Shown: one piece after another, positions 44,358 through 53,937 of the stretch | Position numbering within the stretch: the stretch's first letter is position 1 | Layout: each line of letters begins with the position of its first letter | Assembly (NCBI GenBank): GCA_965222115.1 | Contig: CBDCTJ010000001.1 | Coordinates: forward strand, 96,001 to 160,000 | DNA length: 64,000 nucleotides | Direction of reading: 5' to 3' | DNA from: Planctomycetota bacterium | Lineage (GTDB): Bacteria > Planctomycetota > PLA2 > JAEUHO01 | The notes under the pieces: model-generated | Databases searched by the model: none | The model's input: only the letters and a program-made list of their open reading frames with translations | Told to the model about the DNA's origin: nothing | Made by a program: the position numbers and the translations under genes

Positions 44358-46271
44358 CTATTTCTTCTTTTCAGCGTTCTCTTTGAGCTCATCGAGGAGG
44401 TCTTCGGCGTCGGGGTCGTCGCCCCCTGCGGCAAGATACTTCTTGAGATGCTTCATCGCGGTCTCCTCGTCCTTGAGTCGGTCGAGGTAGAGGTAGGCAA
44501 GCGCAAGTCGCAGATCTTTTTCATCGGCCTTGATCTTGAGCGCTTCCTCAATCGCCTTGGCGGCGTCTTCCCACTTGCTCGTCTGTGCATAGGAATAGCC
44601 AAGGCCACGCCAACCGAAGAACGACTTGGGATCCTGAGCAATTCCCTTCTTGTACCAGTCGATGGCCTTCTTGAATTTCTTCTGGAAGTAGAAGTTGTCG
44701 CCTAGCCAGACCATGATCTTGGCATCTTTGGGCTTGAGCTTATGTGCACGCTCAAGCAGCTTTGCCGCCTTGGGAAAAGCACCCTGCGCCTCGTAGTCAA
44801 ACGCACAGTTGACAATCGCGCGCATGTTTTCGGCGTGCTCTTTCTCGCGCAAAATCTTCTCGTAGATTTTGATGGCCTCCCCGTATTTGGCCTGCGCGTC
44901 GTACGTAGCGCCCAAGTTGAGACGCGCATCAACGTAGGACTCGTCCAAGTCAATCGCGCGGCGAAACTGCACCTGCGCTTCCGACACGCGCCCCTGCTTG
45001 AGCAATGTAAAGCCGAGCCCATTTAGCATGATGGGGCTATCGGGAAGAATGTGGGTGAGCGCCTTGTAGTTCTGCATGGCCTCTTTGAACTTCTTCTCAC
45101 GCTCCAGCACCCAGGCAAGACCAAAGAGTGCGTGCACATCCTCTTTGTTCTTCGCCAAAACCTTCTTGTAGAGCACCGTGGCGGCCTTGTAGGCCTTCTC
45201 ATCCTCGGCCTTGGCCGTAATGTCGGCGACGGCCAGTAAGACGACACGGGCCTCGGGCGCAATCCGGGTCGCACCATCGAGACTCTTCAGTGCATCCTTC
45301 TGCTTACCTTGCGCTACAATGGCTTCCGCGCGCACAAGAAACGCTGCCACGAACGATGGCCGGAGTGTGAGCACGGTCTGCGCGTGCTTTTCCGCGGCCT
45401 TGAATTCGCCCTCGTCCAAGTCCAACCGGGCAAGCAGGAGGCGGGCCTTCCAGTCCTCGGCATTCGCTGCAAGCAGAAGGCCGATTTGTTCACGGGCCTT
45501 CTTGCGCTTGGTGGCGCCAATTTTGGGTTCAGCCTTCCAAAGAGCCTCTGCATAGGCCAAGGCAATATCGGTGCGCCCTGCAGGCGCGAGGGCCACAGCC
45601 CGCTCGTATTGCTTGAGTGCGTCGGACGTATCACCGTTTGCAAGGAGGGCAACTGCATATTCGACAATGACATCGGCGTTGCTCGACTTCTTGGCGAACT
45701 CCTTGAACTTTGGTAGCCGTTCTTCGACGGGATCCAAGCGCAGACGATGCAGTTTGAGGGACGCTTCCTTGGGAAAGTCCTTTACAAGCACGTCGTAGTC
45801 TTCTTTGAGGTTTGCTCGTTCCCCTTCGCCCCCCGCTTGAAGGGAGGCGGCTTGGTAGCGTACGTGGGCTACATAGGACTTGTAGTTGGCTTCAATCGCT
45901 TCCCAATAGAGATTGGCTGCCGCCTCGAATTTGCACTCTTCGAGTGCGACTTCCGCCTCTTCGAACTTCCGCTTGAAGGCCGCTTCGTCAACCGTACGCC
46001 CATCCTCGCCCTCCCCTTCGACACCCGCATCATCGGCCTTGGGTTTAGCCGGAGGCTCTTTTACGCCCGTATCAGCGTCTTCTGCTCGCACGGGCCCAGG
46101 CACCACCAGCCCAATGACGAGGGCGGTCAGCAGGATGTGGGCCAACGAACGCCACCCGTAGCGACGCTTCGATGCATTGGTGCAGGGCGCAGACGAATAA
46201 GAAATACTCTTCGTGAAGAACGTACATGGTCGAAGCCTCAAGTAGCCCCAACCATCACGACCGTTTGCCAT
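44358..46271 (-). CDS. Secreted tetratricopeptide repeat protein
   Basis: More than 10 TPR motifs (e.g. LNGLGFTLLKQGRVSEAQVQFRRAIDLD); signal-like ILLTALVIGLVVPGPVRA suggests the true start is near 46145. Confidence 0.88.
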   Translation of the reverse strand: MANGRDGWGYLRLRPCTFFTKSISYSSAPCTNASKRRYGWRSLAHILLTALVIGLVVPGPVRAEDADTGVKEPPAKPKADDAGVEGEGEDGRTVDEAAFKRKFEEAEVALEECKFEAAANLYWEAIEANYKSYVAHVRYQAASLQAGGEGERANLKEDYDVLVKDFPKEASLKLHRLRLDPVEERLPKFKEFAKKSSNADVIVEYAVALLANGDTSDALKQYERAVALAPAGRTDIALAYAEALWKAEPKIGATKRKKAREQIGLLLAANAEDWKARLLLARLDLDEGEFKAAEKHAQTVLTLRPSFVAAFLVRAEAIVAQGKQKDALKSLDGATRIAPEARVVLLAVADITAKAEDEKAYKAATVLYKKVLAKNKEDVHALFGLAWVLEREKKFKEAMQNYKALTHILPDSPIMLNGLGFTLLKQGRVSEAQVQFRRAIDLDESYVDARLNLGATYDAQAKYGEAIKIYEKILREKEHAENMRAIVNCAFDYEAQGAFPKAAKLLERAHKLKPKDAKIMVWLGDNFYFQKKFKKAIDWYKKGIAQDPKSFFGWRGLGYSYAQTSKWEDAAKAIEEALKIKADEKDLRLALAYLYLDRLKDEETAMKHLKKYLAAGGDDPDAEDLLDELKENAEKKK

Positions 46272-46354
46272 CGATGGCCAGGGGGATTTAGTTCGGTGCG
46301 GATGGGTCGTTGACCACCTGAAAGGGTGAGCGCTTGCTACGTGTAGGGTGTCGC

Positions 46355-46760
46355 TTACTCCGCCGGACGATCGGCAACCGCGTCGCCCGCCTCTTGCTCG
46401 CGCTCATTTGCAAGCCAGGCTTCTTGACCCTTCTTGCGATCTTCTTCCATCAATCGATCGCGGCGGGCTTTGATCATGGCGAGCCGCTCTTCTTTGCGCC
46501 TGTAGTTCTTGCCACTCCTTGGCAGATCGTCCGGACCCATTCCTGCCCTGATTTCCGCGATTGCCCCGGCCACCCATGGATCCACGACCACCCATGGCGC
46601 CGCGCCCGCCGCGCCCTCCTCTACCGCCTCGACCTCCTCGACCGCCGCGGCCGCCTCCGCGCCCGCCCCCGCGGGGCTGTGCCATGCTTTGGATGGGCGA
46701 GGACATCATGAGGGCGGCCATGGTTACGAGAAATAGCAACGCGTATTTGATGTGCTTCAT
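46355..46760 (-). CDS. Small secreted RGG-rich protein, apparently frameshifted near 46499
   Basis: Signal peptide MKHIKYALLFLVTMAALMMSSPIQSMA plus RGG repeats; a charged helical C-terminus continues in the adjacent frame to the stop at 46355. Confidence 0.55.
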
Positions 46761-46830
46761 GGGTTCTTACCTTGGTTGATGAAATCGGTCGATTACTGAG
46801 TCGATGGCGCTCTCACGCCAAGCGCGCGTG

Positions 46831-47973
46831 TCAATCCTTGAGAAGTTCAGGCTTCTTTCTAATCAGGTCGTTCATCTTTTTAATGGCACGACTCCTGGTT
46901 TCGGGCTTGGCCTTGGGCTTATAGCCAAAGTTCTTGCCAAGCAGCCCTTTGATAATGGCGATGCCAAGCGTGCGAACCTCGACATCATCATGGTACAGCA
47001 ACTCCATGGACGGTCGCACGGCCTTGCGGGTTCCCGTGCCGAGCGCCTTGGCAATGGCCTTGCGCTCTTCTTCGGAGCCCTCTTTGTCCCGTAGGCGGCC
47101 AATCAGCGCCTCCATGGCGGCTTCGTCGCCCGCCGCGTGGTTCTCGAGCAGGGACTGGGCCCCCTCGGAGACCCCCTTGACGGGTCCAACGATGGGCTTG
47201 GCCGTTCGGAGCGCCACGCCGTTGGCCTTCAGCCACTTGGGATTGAGTTTGCCCGTAATGGTTATGTTATCCACAAACATACGCGCCTTGATCGCATAGA
47301 AGCCGACGAACACATGCTTGAGTTTGGGTCCCAGGCACTTGCCCTTGAGCGACACGCCGGGGACTTCCATGCGCAACTTGCTCTTTTCCCAACCAAACAT
47401 GAATGGAACGGTTTGTCCGGGAACGACGGGTTTGTCTTTGGGAGGCATCCGGCGACTGATGTAACGAAAGCCAATGTACTCCGAAGGACTCCCGGGTTCC
47501 GTCCACTGATCGCCAAACTGAATAATGCTGTGCTGGCCGCCCGCTTTCTTGTCCCACTTGTGAAAGTAATGCTCGGCAAGCGTAAATGACACATAGTCGT
47601 TGGTGCCGCTGACCGGAGCCATGTAGGCGCCCACGTCCTTCTTGGCATCGGGTGTGAGCTGAGCTTCGATGTGGACGTCGCCTGTCCATTGGGCTTTGTG
47701 GCGCGACCCAATGGTCCCGTGCAATTCCAGGCGCGAGTCAAACCAATCTGCCCCGTCCCCTTTCTTTGGCACCAAGGGGAAGGGAATGAACGACTCCCAA
47801 TCGGCTATCTGTTCTTTGCTCTTGAAGTCATAGGAAAGCGTGACGACGCCCTTCTCAAGGGCAACCACACGCCCCTTGAAAAACTCATCAAGTGCAACGT
47901 CGCTGCCCTTGCCCAGCGCGGTCGTGGGTATCCACCCGACGAGACAGGCGATGAAGGCCACGCGGACCGCCAT
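46831..47973 (-). CDS. Secreted hypothetical protein, beta-sandwich-like domain plus C-terminal HEAT-like helices
   Basis: Signal peptide from ATG 47973; strong GC3 bias; C-terminal ERKAIAKALG...DDVEVRTLG...FGYKP. Confidence 0.7.
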   Translation of the reverse strand: MAVRVAFIACLVGWIPTTALGKGSDVALDEFFKGRVVALEKGVVTLSYDFKSKEQIADWESFIPFPLVPKKGDGADWFDSRLELHGTIGSRHKAQWTGDVHIEAQLTPDAKKDVGAYMAPVSGTNDYVSFTLAEHYFHKWDKKAGGQHSIIQFGDQWTEPGSPSEYIGFRYISRRMPPKDKPVVPGQTVPFMFGWEKSKLRMEVPGVSLKGKCLGPKLKHVFVGFYAIKARMFVDNITITGKLNPKWLKANGVALRTAKPIVGPVKGVSEGAQSLLENHAAGDEAAMEALIGRLRDKEGSEEERKAIAKALGTGTRKAVRPSMELLYHDDVEVRTLGIAIIKGLLGKNFGYKPKAKPETRSRAIKKMNDLIRKKPELLKD

Positions 47974-48328
47974 CCAAATGCCGGCTCGCACGGAACACCG
48001 GGCGGCATAAGCGCCGCTGCTGTTACTGGCGCCGCTGCGGTTGTTAAAATTACGCAAGGGGATACGCGGCGTCGATTCGAATCGATGTGATTGCAAGCCG
48101 ATCTCCTACCTTGGAGCGTAGAGGAACCTATCGGTCTGACGATCTAACCCTTCGAGACGCCCAAGGTAACGGGCAAAATCTATGCTTAGGGGCGAATCAG
48201 GGGCACAAAGGCCCGCAATCTTGGAGCACCCGCACGATTCCCCAAGACGTCAATCTCCAATTCGGAAATCGTGTTACCAGACACGGAATGATCCCTCCCC
48301 CGGCGTCGTGCGGACTACGATTGGGCGA

Positions 48329-49510
48329 ATGGCCGCGCGCGCATCGACCCCGCCTCCTCGACGGCGCTGGAAGCCCCCGACGGAGCGTCCGCCGCGCATC
48401 CTCATTGTTCGACTTTCCGCCATTGGCGACGTCGTCCATGCGCTGCCTGTTGCGCGCGCGATTCGTTTGCGGTGGCCCGACGCGCACATTGGTTGGGCAG
48501 TGGAGGACCGCGCCGCCGACCTATTGACCATGAGCCCCGATGTTGACGCATGCCATGTGTTTCGACGTCGCCCCATGGCGAATGCACTTCGACGCGGCAC
48601 GTTGATTTCGGCGGGCACGATGGCACGCAGATTTGTACGCAATATGCGAAGCGCGGCCTACGACGTGGCCCTCGATCTCCAGGGCAATCTCAAGTCGGGC
48701 ATGGTGATGCGTTCCAGCGGCGCTCAGCGGCGATTCGGTTGGGATCGATCGATTGCCAAGGAGGCCAATCAGATTTTCGCGCACCATCACGTGCGCCCCA
48801 CACCCAACGTAAAGCATAAGGCGTTGCGAAACCTCTCCATGCTGAGTCATGTTTTGGGCGAACCCATTGACTATCACCAGCCCCATCTCACGCCATCCGA
48901 ACAGCATGAACAGGAGGCTCGCTCGCTCATGGCAGCGTTGCCGTTGCGATGTACTGCGCACGTCATTTTGCACCCCGGAACAAGTGGCTTTGGATCCTTT
49001 AAGCGCTGGCCGAACGATCGTTGGGCTGCATTGGCGCGACGACTTCATCGCGAAGGCTATGACGTACTACTCAGTCATACAAAAGCAGAGCGCACGCTCA
49101 TCGAAGCCATTGAGTCGGGTGCGCCGCATTCGATTCCAATGGCGCCGCCGTCTATCGGTGCGTTGGCGGTGCTTGCGCGAGGCGCGTCGTTATTTGTTGC
49201 ATCCGACACCGGGCCGTTGCACCTCGCTGCGCTCATGAATGCGCCGGTCTTAGGTCTCTATGGTCCAAAAGATCCAGGGGTGTACGGCCCGTTTGGATCC
49301 GACAAAGAAGGCGCATTCAATCTGCTCCCCACGCAGGTGCAGAGCGACGTCGCGTGTCGCCCGTGCCGCCTACGGGTCTGCGGGAATCCCATCTGCATGA
49401 ACACCTTGTCACCGGATAGCGTCTTCGAACATTGTTTGAAAATTCTATCGACCGAAAGCCCATCGCGAGCCAACGGCTCGTCTATGCCGACGCCGCTTCA
49501 CTTGTCGTAG
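48329..49510 (+). CDS. Glycosyltransferase family 9 (LPS heptosyltransferase, WaaC/WaaF-like)
   Basis: RILIVRLSAIGDVVHALP, DLQGNLKS, FKRWP, DTGPLHLAA, LYGP. Confidence 0.92.
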   Translation: MAARASTPPPRRRWKPPTERPPRILIVRLSAIGDVVHALPVARAIRLRWPDAHIGWAVEDRAADLLTMSPDVDACHVFRRRPMANALRRGTLISAGTMARRFVRNMRSAAYDVALDLQGNLKSGMVMRSSGAQRRFGWDRSIAKEANQIFAHHHVRPTPNVKHKALRNLSMLSHVLGEPIDYHQPHLTPSEQHEQEARSLMAALPLRCTAHVILHPGTSGFGSFKRWPNDRWAALARRLHREGYDVLLSHTKAERTLIEAIESGAPHSIPMAPPSIGALAVLARGASLFVASDTGPLHLAALMNAPVLGLYGPKDPGVYGPFGSDKEGAFNLLPTQVQSDVACRPCRLRVCGNPICMNTLSPDSVFEHCLKILSTESPSRANGSSMPTPLHLS

Positions 49511-49931
49511 CCTCCGATTTGGGTTCCAAACACAGCGTTACATTTCGTTTTCCAAGCTGAATCGAATAGGTGCGTTCAAAGCAGTCATACAGCACGACGC
49601 GATCGATGCGATGCCCATTCACGAATGTTCCGTTGGGACTCAGATTCTCCAGTTCCACCATGTCACGCGCAAGAAAGGTAATCTTAAGGTGCTTTCGACT
49701 TACGGACGCGAACTCGGGTTGCTTGCGCAACTTCGCACGCGCCGCCCGATCAAGGTCCAAGTACGCTGACGACTTCTTAAGCGACCACTCGCAGTGCCTG
49801 CTGCGGCCGCAAATCACCGATTCTCCGGGACGAATGGTGATGCATTGGTCGGCACTGAGCGTGCTTGTGCCGCGTAAGGTGAGCGCGGCGTCGCGCCGGT
49901 ACCCACGTGTTTGGCGTTTTACTTCAATCAT
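49482..49931 (-). CDS. FHA domain protein
   Basis: CGRS, VSRKH and SPNGTFVNG phosphothreonine-binding motifs. Confidence 0.85.
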   Translation of the reverse strand: MIEVKRQTRGYRRDAALTLRGTSTLSADQCITIRPGESVICGRSRHCEWSLKKSSAYLDLDRAARAKLRKQPEFASVSRKHLKITFLARDMVELENLSPNGTFVNGHRIDRVVLYDCFERTYSIQLGKRNVTLCLEPKSEATTSEAASA

Positions 49932-49992
49932 TGAGGATTCAACCTGCAAGCGGGGTGCCGATCGACGAGTTGGGAGCAAGCGTCAATCCATG

Positions 49993-52900
49993 TCATTTGG
50001 GAAGGCCTGCCTTTCGCCGGGCCGTCTTGCGCCAGGCGTCGAGAATCACGCCCTGCACGCGCACACTTTCTACTTTGATGGGCGTCCAACTGAGGAGTTG
50101 CAGCATGCCGCTTGCAAGCGCGGCACGCATCTGGGCATCGGACAGATTGCTCCCGGTGCCAATGCGCGCCCACTTGGGGTTCGTTCGTTCGGCAATCAAC
50201 TTGCCGTCAACAAAGAGGGCCAATCGAGCACGGTCGCGCTCGACTCGAACGACATAGGCCTGGCGACGTGGCATAAAGGCGAAAAGTCGCGGGTGCTTCT
50301 TGTTCGCCGCCTTACTTGCCCATTTCTCGTAGTTGGCCCCCCGACCCTGTCGCGGCCAGTCCCACCCTTCCAACGGAAACATGCGACCGAATGTCTTGCC
50401 GCCCGATTCGTGAAAGGCCACACCGCGGCCCAAGCCGTAGTAGTTGTGATCCGGTAGCGCAGGGCCGTCTGGATCCGGTTTCGCTCGATCCGGAAAACTA
50501 CCTTGTAGCGACATGGGATCGGCCGAGCACACCGCGACGCGGACGCCATCGATATCAAAGGCCAAAATGGTTGAGGGCACGGGAAACGAAATCTTCGCCT
50601 CCAGCGTCACGGGTTGTGCCGCGTCGAAGTACATGGGGAGCGAAAGGGGACGGTCGCGAACCGGTTCATCCCACCCTTTATTGAGATGCAATAACTTGGG
50701 TCGTGGGCCGCGTTGCGGCCCCGTGGTCACGCCGGGTTGACGCTCGAGTACGCCGTGTCCATGAATAAAGTTCTGCAACTGCGTGGGTGTATCAAAGTCG
50801 AATAAGAACTCGTGAACATCGTGTCCTCCACGCTCGGCTCGCGCTATGCGTCTAGGCTGGGACCCGGGCACGAGCGTCTGCAATTCATCGCGACCCAAAA
50901 ACTTGCCGCACTCGCGCATACGCCTCTCAAGCTTCTCCCGGCGTTTGGCCACCACCTCCGTGAAGTGCGAAGGCTCGCGCGGATTCATCAACTGCTTGAG
51001 GTAGTACAGCGCGTCGTGCCAACGTGCCTGCGCGAAAAAGCTCTCGGCCGAGTCCTCCAACTTGATGGCCAAGTCTTCCCGACGACGTTGCATCGCTTCA
51101 AGGACCTGTAACTTGCGTCGCAGAACATCTACCCATCCAGGCATCTGATCGGATTCAGGAAACAGGAGCATGGCGTCTCGGTAGCGCTCGATCTGCGGAC
51201 GGATGTCTTTGTTGGTTTCGGACGCTACAGGCGCAAGCGCGGCGACTTGCGCAAACGAGACCGCAAGCTGATCGAGGCGAGCGCGCGCGACTCTGGCCCA
51301 TCCCAAGAGGTGATCCAGCGCAATATCGCGAATGGAGTAACCCGGGTCCGCCTCGCGAGACCGCGACGAAGACAACCAAAATCGCTGCTTGTCTAAGTCT
51401 ACGCGCCGAACGTTCCAATACTTAGGCTGAGGCATAGCCGCTTGCTCAACGCCTCGCCACCGAATCTTTGCGACACGAGCCCTTTTCTTCTGGCGCTCGG
51501 CGAGGTAGCGGAGGCCTGCATCTTGGAGTTGCTCTACCACCAAGACCGTGCGTTTGACTTGATCGTTAACGGTGACGTAGGCCGCATCACCGGCGTGACG
51601 GGCAATCAACGCTCGCAGTGCCACCGCGTCATGCTGTTGCAATGCGGCAAGTGCACGATCCCAATAGGATCGCATACGTGCTTGCTCACTCTTCTTAAAG
51701 CTCTTCTGCCGCGTCATCAGACGATCGGCCCACTGCTCGGCCTTGCTGCCTAGATCGGGCCAACGCGCCGTTCGATCCGCGCGTTGTGCAAATCGTTGAA
51801 CGCGGACCGACACGCGATGAATGGCATCTGTGTCTTCGGAAGGCAAGGCGGTTTCGGCGCCACGCTTGAGATCGCTCCAAAGACCTCGTACCGCGCCGTC
51901 CATCTCGCTAGAGACCCGATCGGTAACTTTACGAAGCGCGCCCCGTCGCCCCACAAACCACTCAACGGGCAATCGGTACGACGACGCGGCCAAGGCCTTG
52001 CTCGCCTGCTGACAAATCGACGCCAAGCTCGCCGCACGCTCTTCCCAATCGAGCTCGAGTTTGTGCAGATCCAACGTCGACAACTCTCGCCCCGTGCCCA
52101 CCATTCGTCGTTTGAGCGCGGGGCCCGTAAACGCACTCACGGCGCCAGAGAGCGCACGATGCATCGCAGAGACGTGACGCTGTGCCTGCTGCGCCGAAAC
52201 GAGCGCGGTCTTCCACGCCTTGGTCTCGACATACTCCGATGCCTGCTGCTTGTCGCCATGCGGTCGCTGCATGCGCGCAACATGTTGTTCCCAGTGCCGC
52301 GCGTAGGTACTCATTTCATCGGGAACCGTATTCTTGAGCTTCTTAACTTCTCGTTCCCACATGGACGACGACGCATCCCGTATCTGCTTGGTCAGCGTAT
52401 CGACGCGCTTGAGAACGGGCGCATTGAACCGGTCCAGTTTCTTGCTAAAGGTGGTGAGTTCGGACAATGCCGATGCGAATTTCCAGGCCTTTTGATGGGC
52501 CGCCACGCGCGGGATCAACGCCTCAAGGGCCGTCATTTCCTTGACGGCGGTCGCCAGTCGGCGGACGCGCTCCTCGATATCGTCATCGGGCGTAACGTCC
52601 TTTCCGGCCTGTTCACGCCACGCCACAACCTGCGATCGCGCGCGCTTCACCCGGTTCAGTTTGTCGTTAAGGGCACCCAACGAGTCGTCCATCTTGATCT
52701 CGTTGCGTGGGTCCAACACATCGGACCGTGCACTTTCTAGCATTGCGCGGGCCTGCGTCTTGGTGCGCCGCTCCGACACCTTGTACAGGGTGAAACCAAT
52801 CGCTGCGGCCACCATCGCCCCAATGGCCACGCGACGACCCCAGGTGCGTACCCGTTGACGAAGTAGATAACCTTCCCAGTTGCCGGTGAACCCTTCCGGG

Positions 52901-53937
52901 ACAATGGTTCGACCGTCCACGATGCGATCGATGTCTTGCACCACATGGAGCGGCGTCTTGTGACGAAGACTCGCATCCTTCAACATCATGCGTTCAATGA
53001 GATAGCTGACCTCCGAGCCGACCCGTGAGTTGTGAACCCGGGGCGGCACCGGTTGCTCATAGAGCACCTTGGTAATGATCTCGGCGAGCGTACGCCCGTC
53101 GAACGGTGGCTTGCTCGTGACCATGGCATACAGCGTGGCGCCCAAGCTATAGATATCACTGCGCGTATCGGCTTTGCTGGGATCCTCGGCCTGCTCCGGT
53201 GAGATAAACTGTGGCGTGCCCACGGTGGCGCCATGTTGCGTGAGTCCCAGGTCGATCGGCCCCTTCGCGAGACCGAGGTCCATGAGCTTGGGAACGCCAC
53301 GCTTGGATATGAGCACGTTGCCGGGCTTGACATCGCGGTGCACCACGCCCATGCGCCGCGCCTTTTCCAGAGCGTCGGCAAGCGCGCGCGTAATGCGAAG
53401 CGCCTCGACGATCTCAAGCGGGCCCTCGCGCTTGATGCGCTCTTTGAGTGTTTCCCCCTCCACGTACTCCATGACGTAGTAGGGGAATCCGCTCGCCTCA
53501 CCGGCGTCAATCACGCGAACAATGTTGGGGTGGTCCAAACTTGCAAGAAGTTTGGCTTCTTCTCGCAGACGAGCAATCTGCGTCTTGTCTTCGGCGTGCT
53601 CCCGGTGCAACACTTTGATGGCAACCATGCGATGCAACGCGCGATGAACAGCCTTGTAGACGGTTCCCATAGCACCGGAACCCAGCTTCTCAACAAGCCG
53701 GTACCCGGGAATCTGTGCTTGCCGACCGCCCGGTTCAATGACGCCATACACGCGCCGTGCTTGATCTTCGGTCATCCATCCACGCTTGACCAAGATTACG
53801 GCGAGCCGTTCTTCGATGAGCAAGTCCTCGGCCATGCGCTTTTGCACGGTGAGGCCTTGGGTTACTTGTTCGTCCTTGATGAATCCAAGTCGCTGCGCTT
53901 CCTGCGCAAACAAGAAGTCCTCGTCGCGTACGGTCAT
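49993..53937 (-). CDS. Hanks-type Ser/Thr protein kinase with TM segment and about 900-aa C-terminal region
   Basis: LGSGAMGTV, VAIK, HRDVKPGN, DLG, SPEQ, SDIYSLG; TM VAIGAMVAAAIGFTLY; ATGA overlap with the upstream gene. Confidence 0.93.
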   Translation of the reverse strand: MTVRDEDFLFAQEAQRLGFIKDEQVTQGLTVQKRMAEDLLIEERLAVILVKRGWMTEDQARRVYGVIEPGGRQAQIPGYRLVEKLGSGAMGTVYKAVHRALHRMVAIKVLHREHAEDKTQIARLREEAKLLASLDHPNIVRVIDAGEASGFPYYVMEYVEGETLKERIKREGPLEIVEALRITRALADALEKARRMGVVHRDVKPGNVLISKRGVPKLMDLGLAKGPIDLGLTQHGATVGTPQFISPEQAEDPSKADTRSDIYSLGATLYAMVTSKPPFDGRTLAEIITKVLYEQPVPPRVHNSRVGSEVSYLIERMMLKDASLRHKTPLHVVQDIDRIVDGRTIVPEGFTGNWEGYLLRQRVRTWGRRVAIGAMVAAAIGFTLYKVSERRTKTQARAMLESARSDVLDPRNEIKMDDSLGALNDKLNRVKRARSQVVAWREQAGKDVTPDDDIEERVRRLATAVKEMTALEALIPRVAAHQKAWKFASALSELTTFSKKLDRFNAPVLKRVDTLTKQIRDASSSMWEREVKKLKNTVPDEMSTYARHWEQHVARMQRPHGDKQQASEYVETKAWKTALVSAQQAQRHVSAMHRALSGAVSAFTGPALKRRMVGTGRELSTLDLHKLELDWEERAASLASICQQASKALAASSYRLPVEWFVGRRGALRKVTDRVSSEMDGAVRGLWSDLKRGAETALPSEDTDAIHRVSVRVQRFAQRADRTARWPDLGSKAEQWADRLMTRQKSFKKSEQARMRSYWDRALAALQQHDAVALRALIARHAGDAAYVTVNDQVKRTVLVVEQLQDAGLRYLAERQKKRARVAKIRWRGVEQAAMPQPKYWNVRRVDLDKQRFWLSSSRSREADPGYSIRDIALDHLLGWARVARARLDQLAVSFAQVAALAPVASETNKDIRPQIERYRDAMLLFPESDQMPGWVDVLRRKLQVLEAMQRRREDLAIKLEDSAESFFAQARWHDALYYLKQLMNPREPSHFTEVVAKRREKLERRMRECGKFLGRDELQTLVPGSQPRRIARAERGGHDVHEFLFDFDTPTQLQNFIHGHGVLERQPGVTTGPQRGPRPKLLHLNKGWDEPVRDRPLSLPMYFDAAQPVTLEAKISFPVPSTILAFDIDGVRVAVCSADPMSLQGSFPDRAKPDPDGPALPDHNYYGLGRGVAFHESGGKTFGRMFPLEGWDWPRQGRGANYEKWASKAANKKHPRLFAFMPRRQAYVVRVERDRARLALFVDGKLIAERTNPKWARIGTGSNLSDAQMRAALASGMLQLLSWTPIKVESVRVQGVILDAWRKTARRKAGLPK

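Noticed and set aside
51784-52740. 318-aa plus-strand ORF
   Set aside because: Antisense within the kinase gene; no family features.
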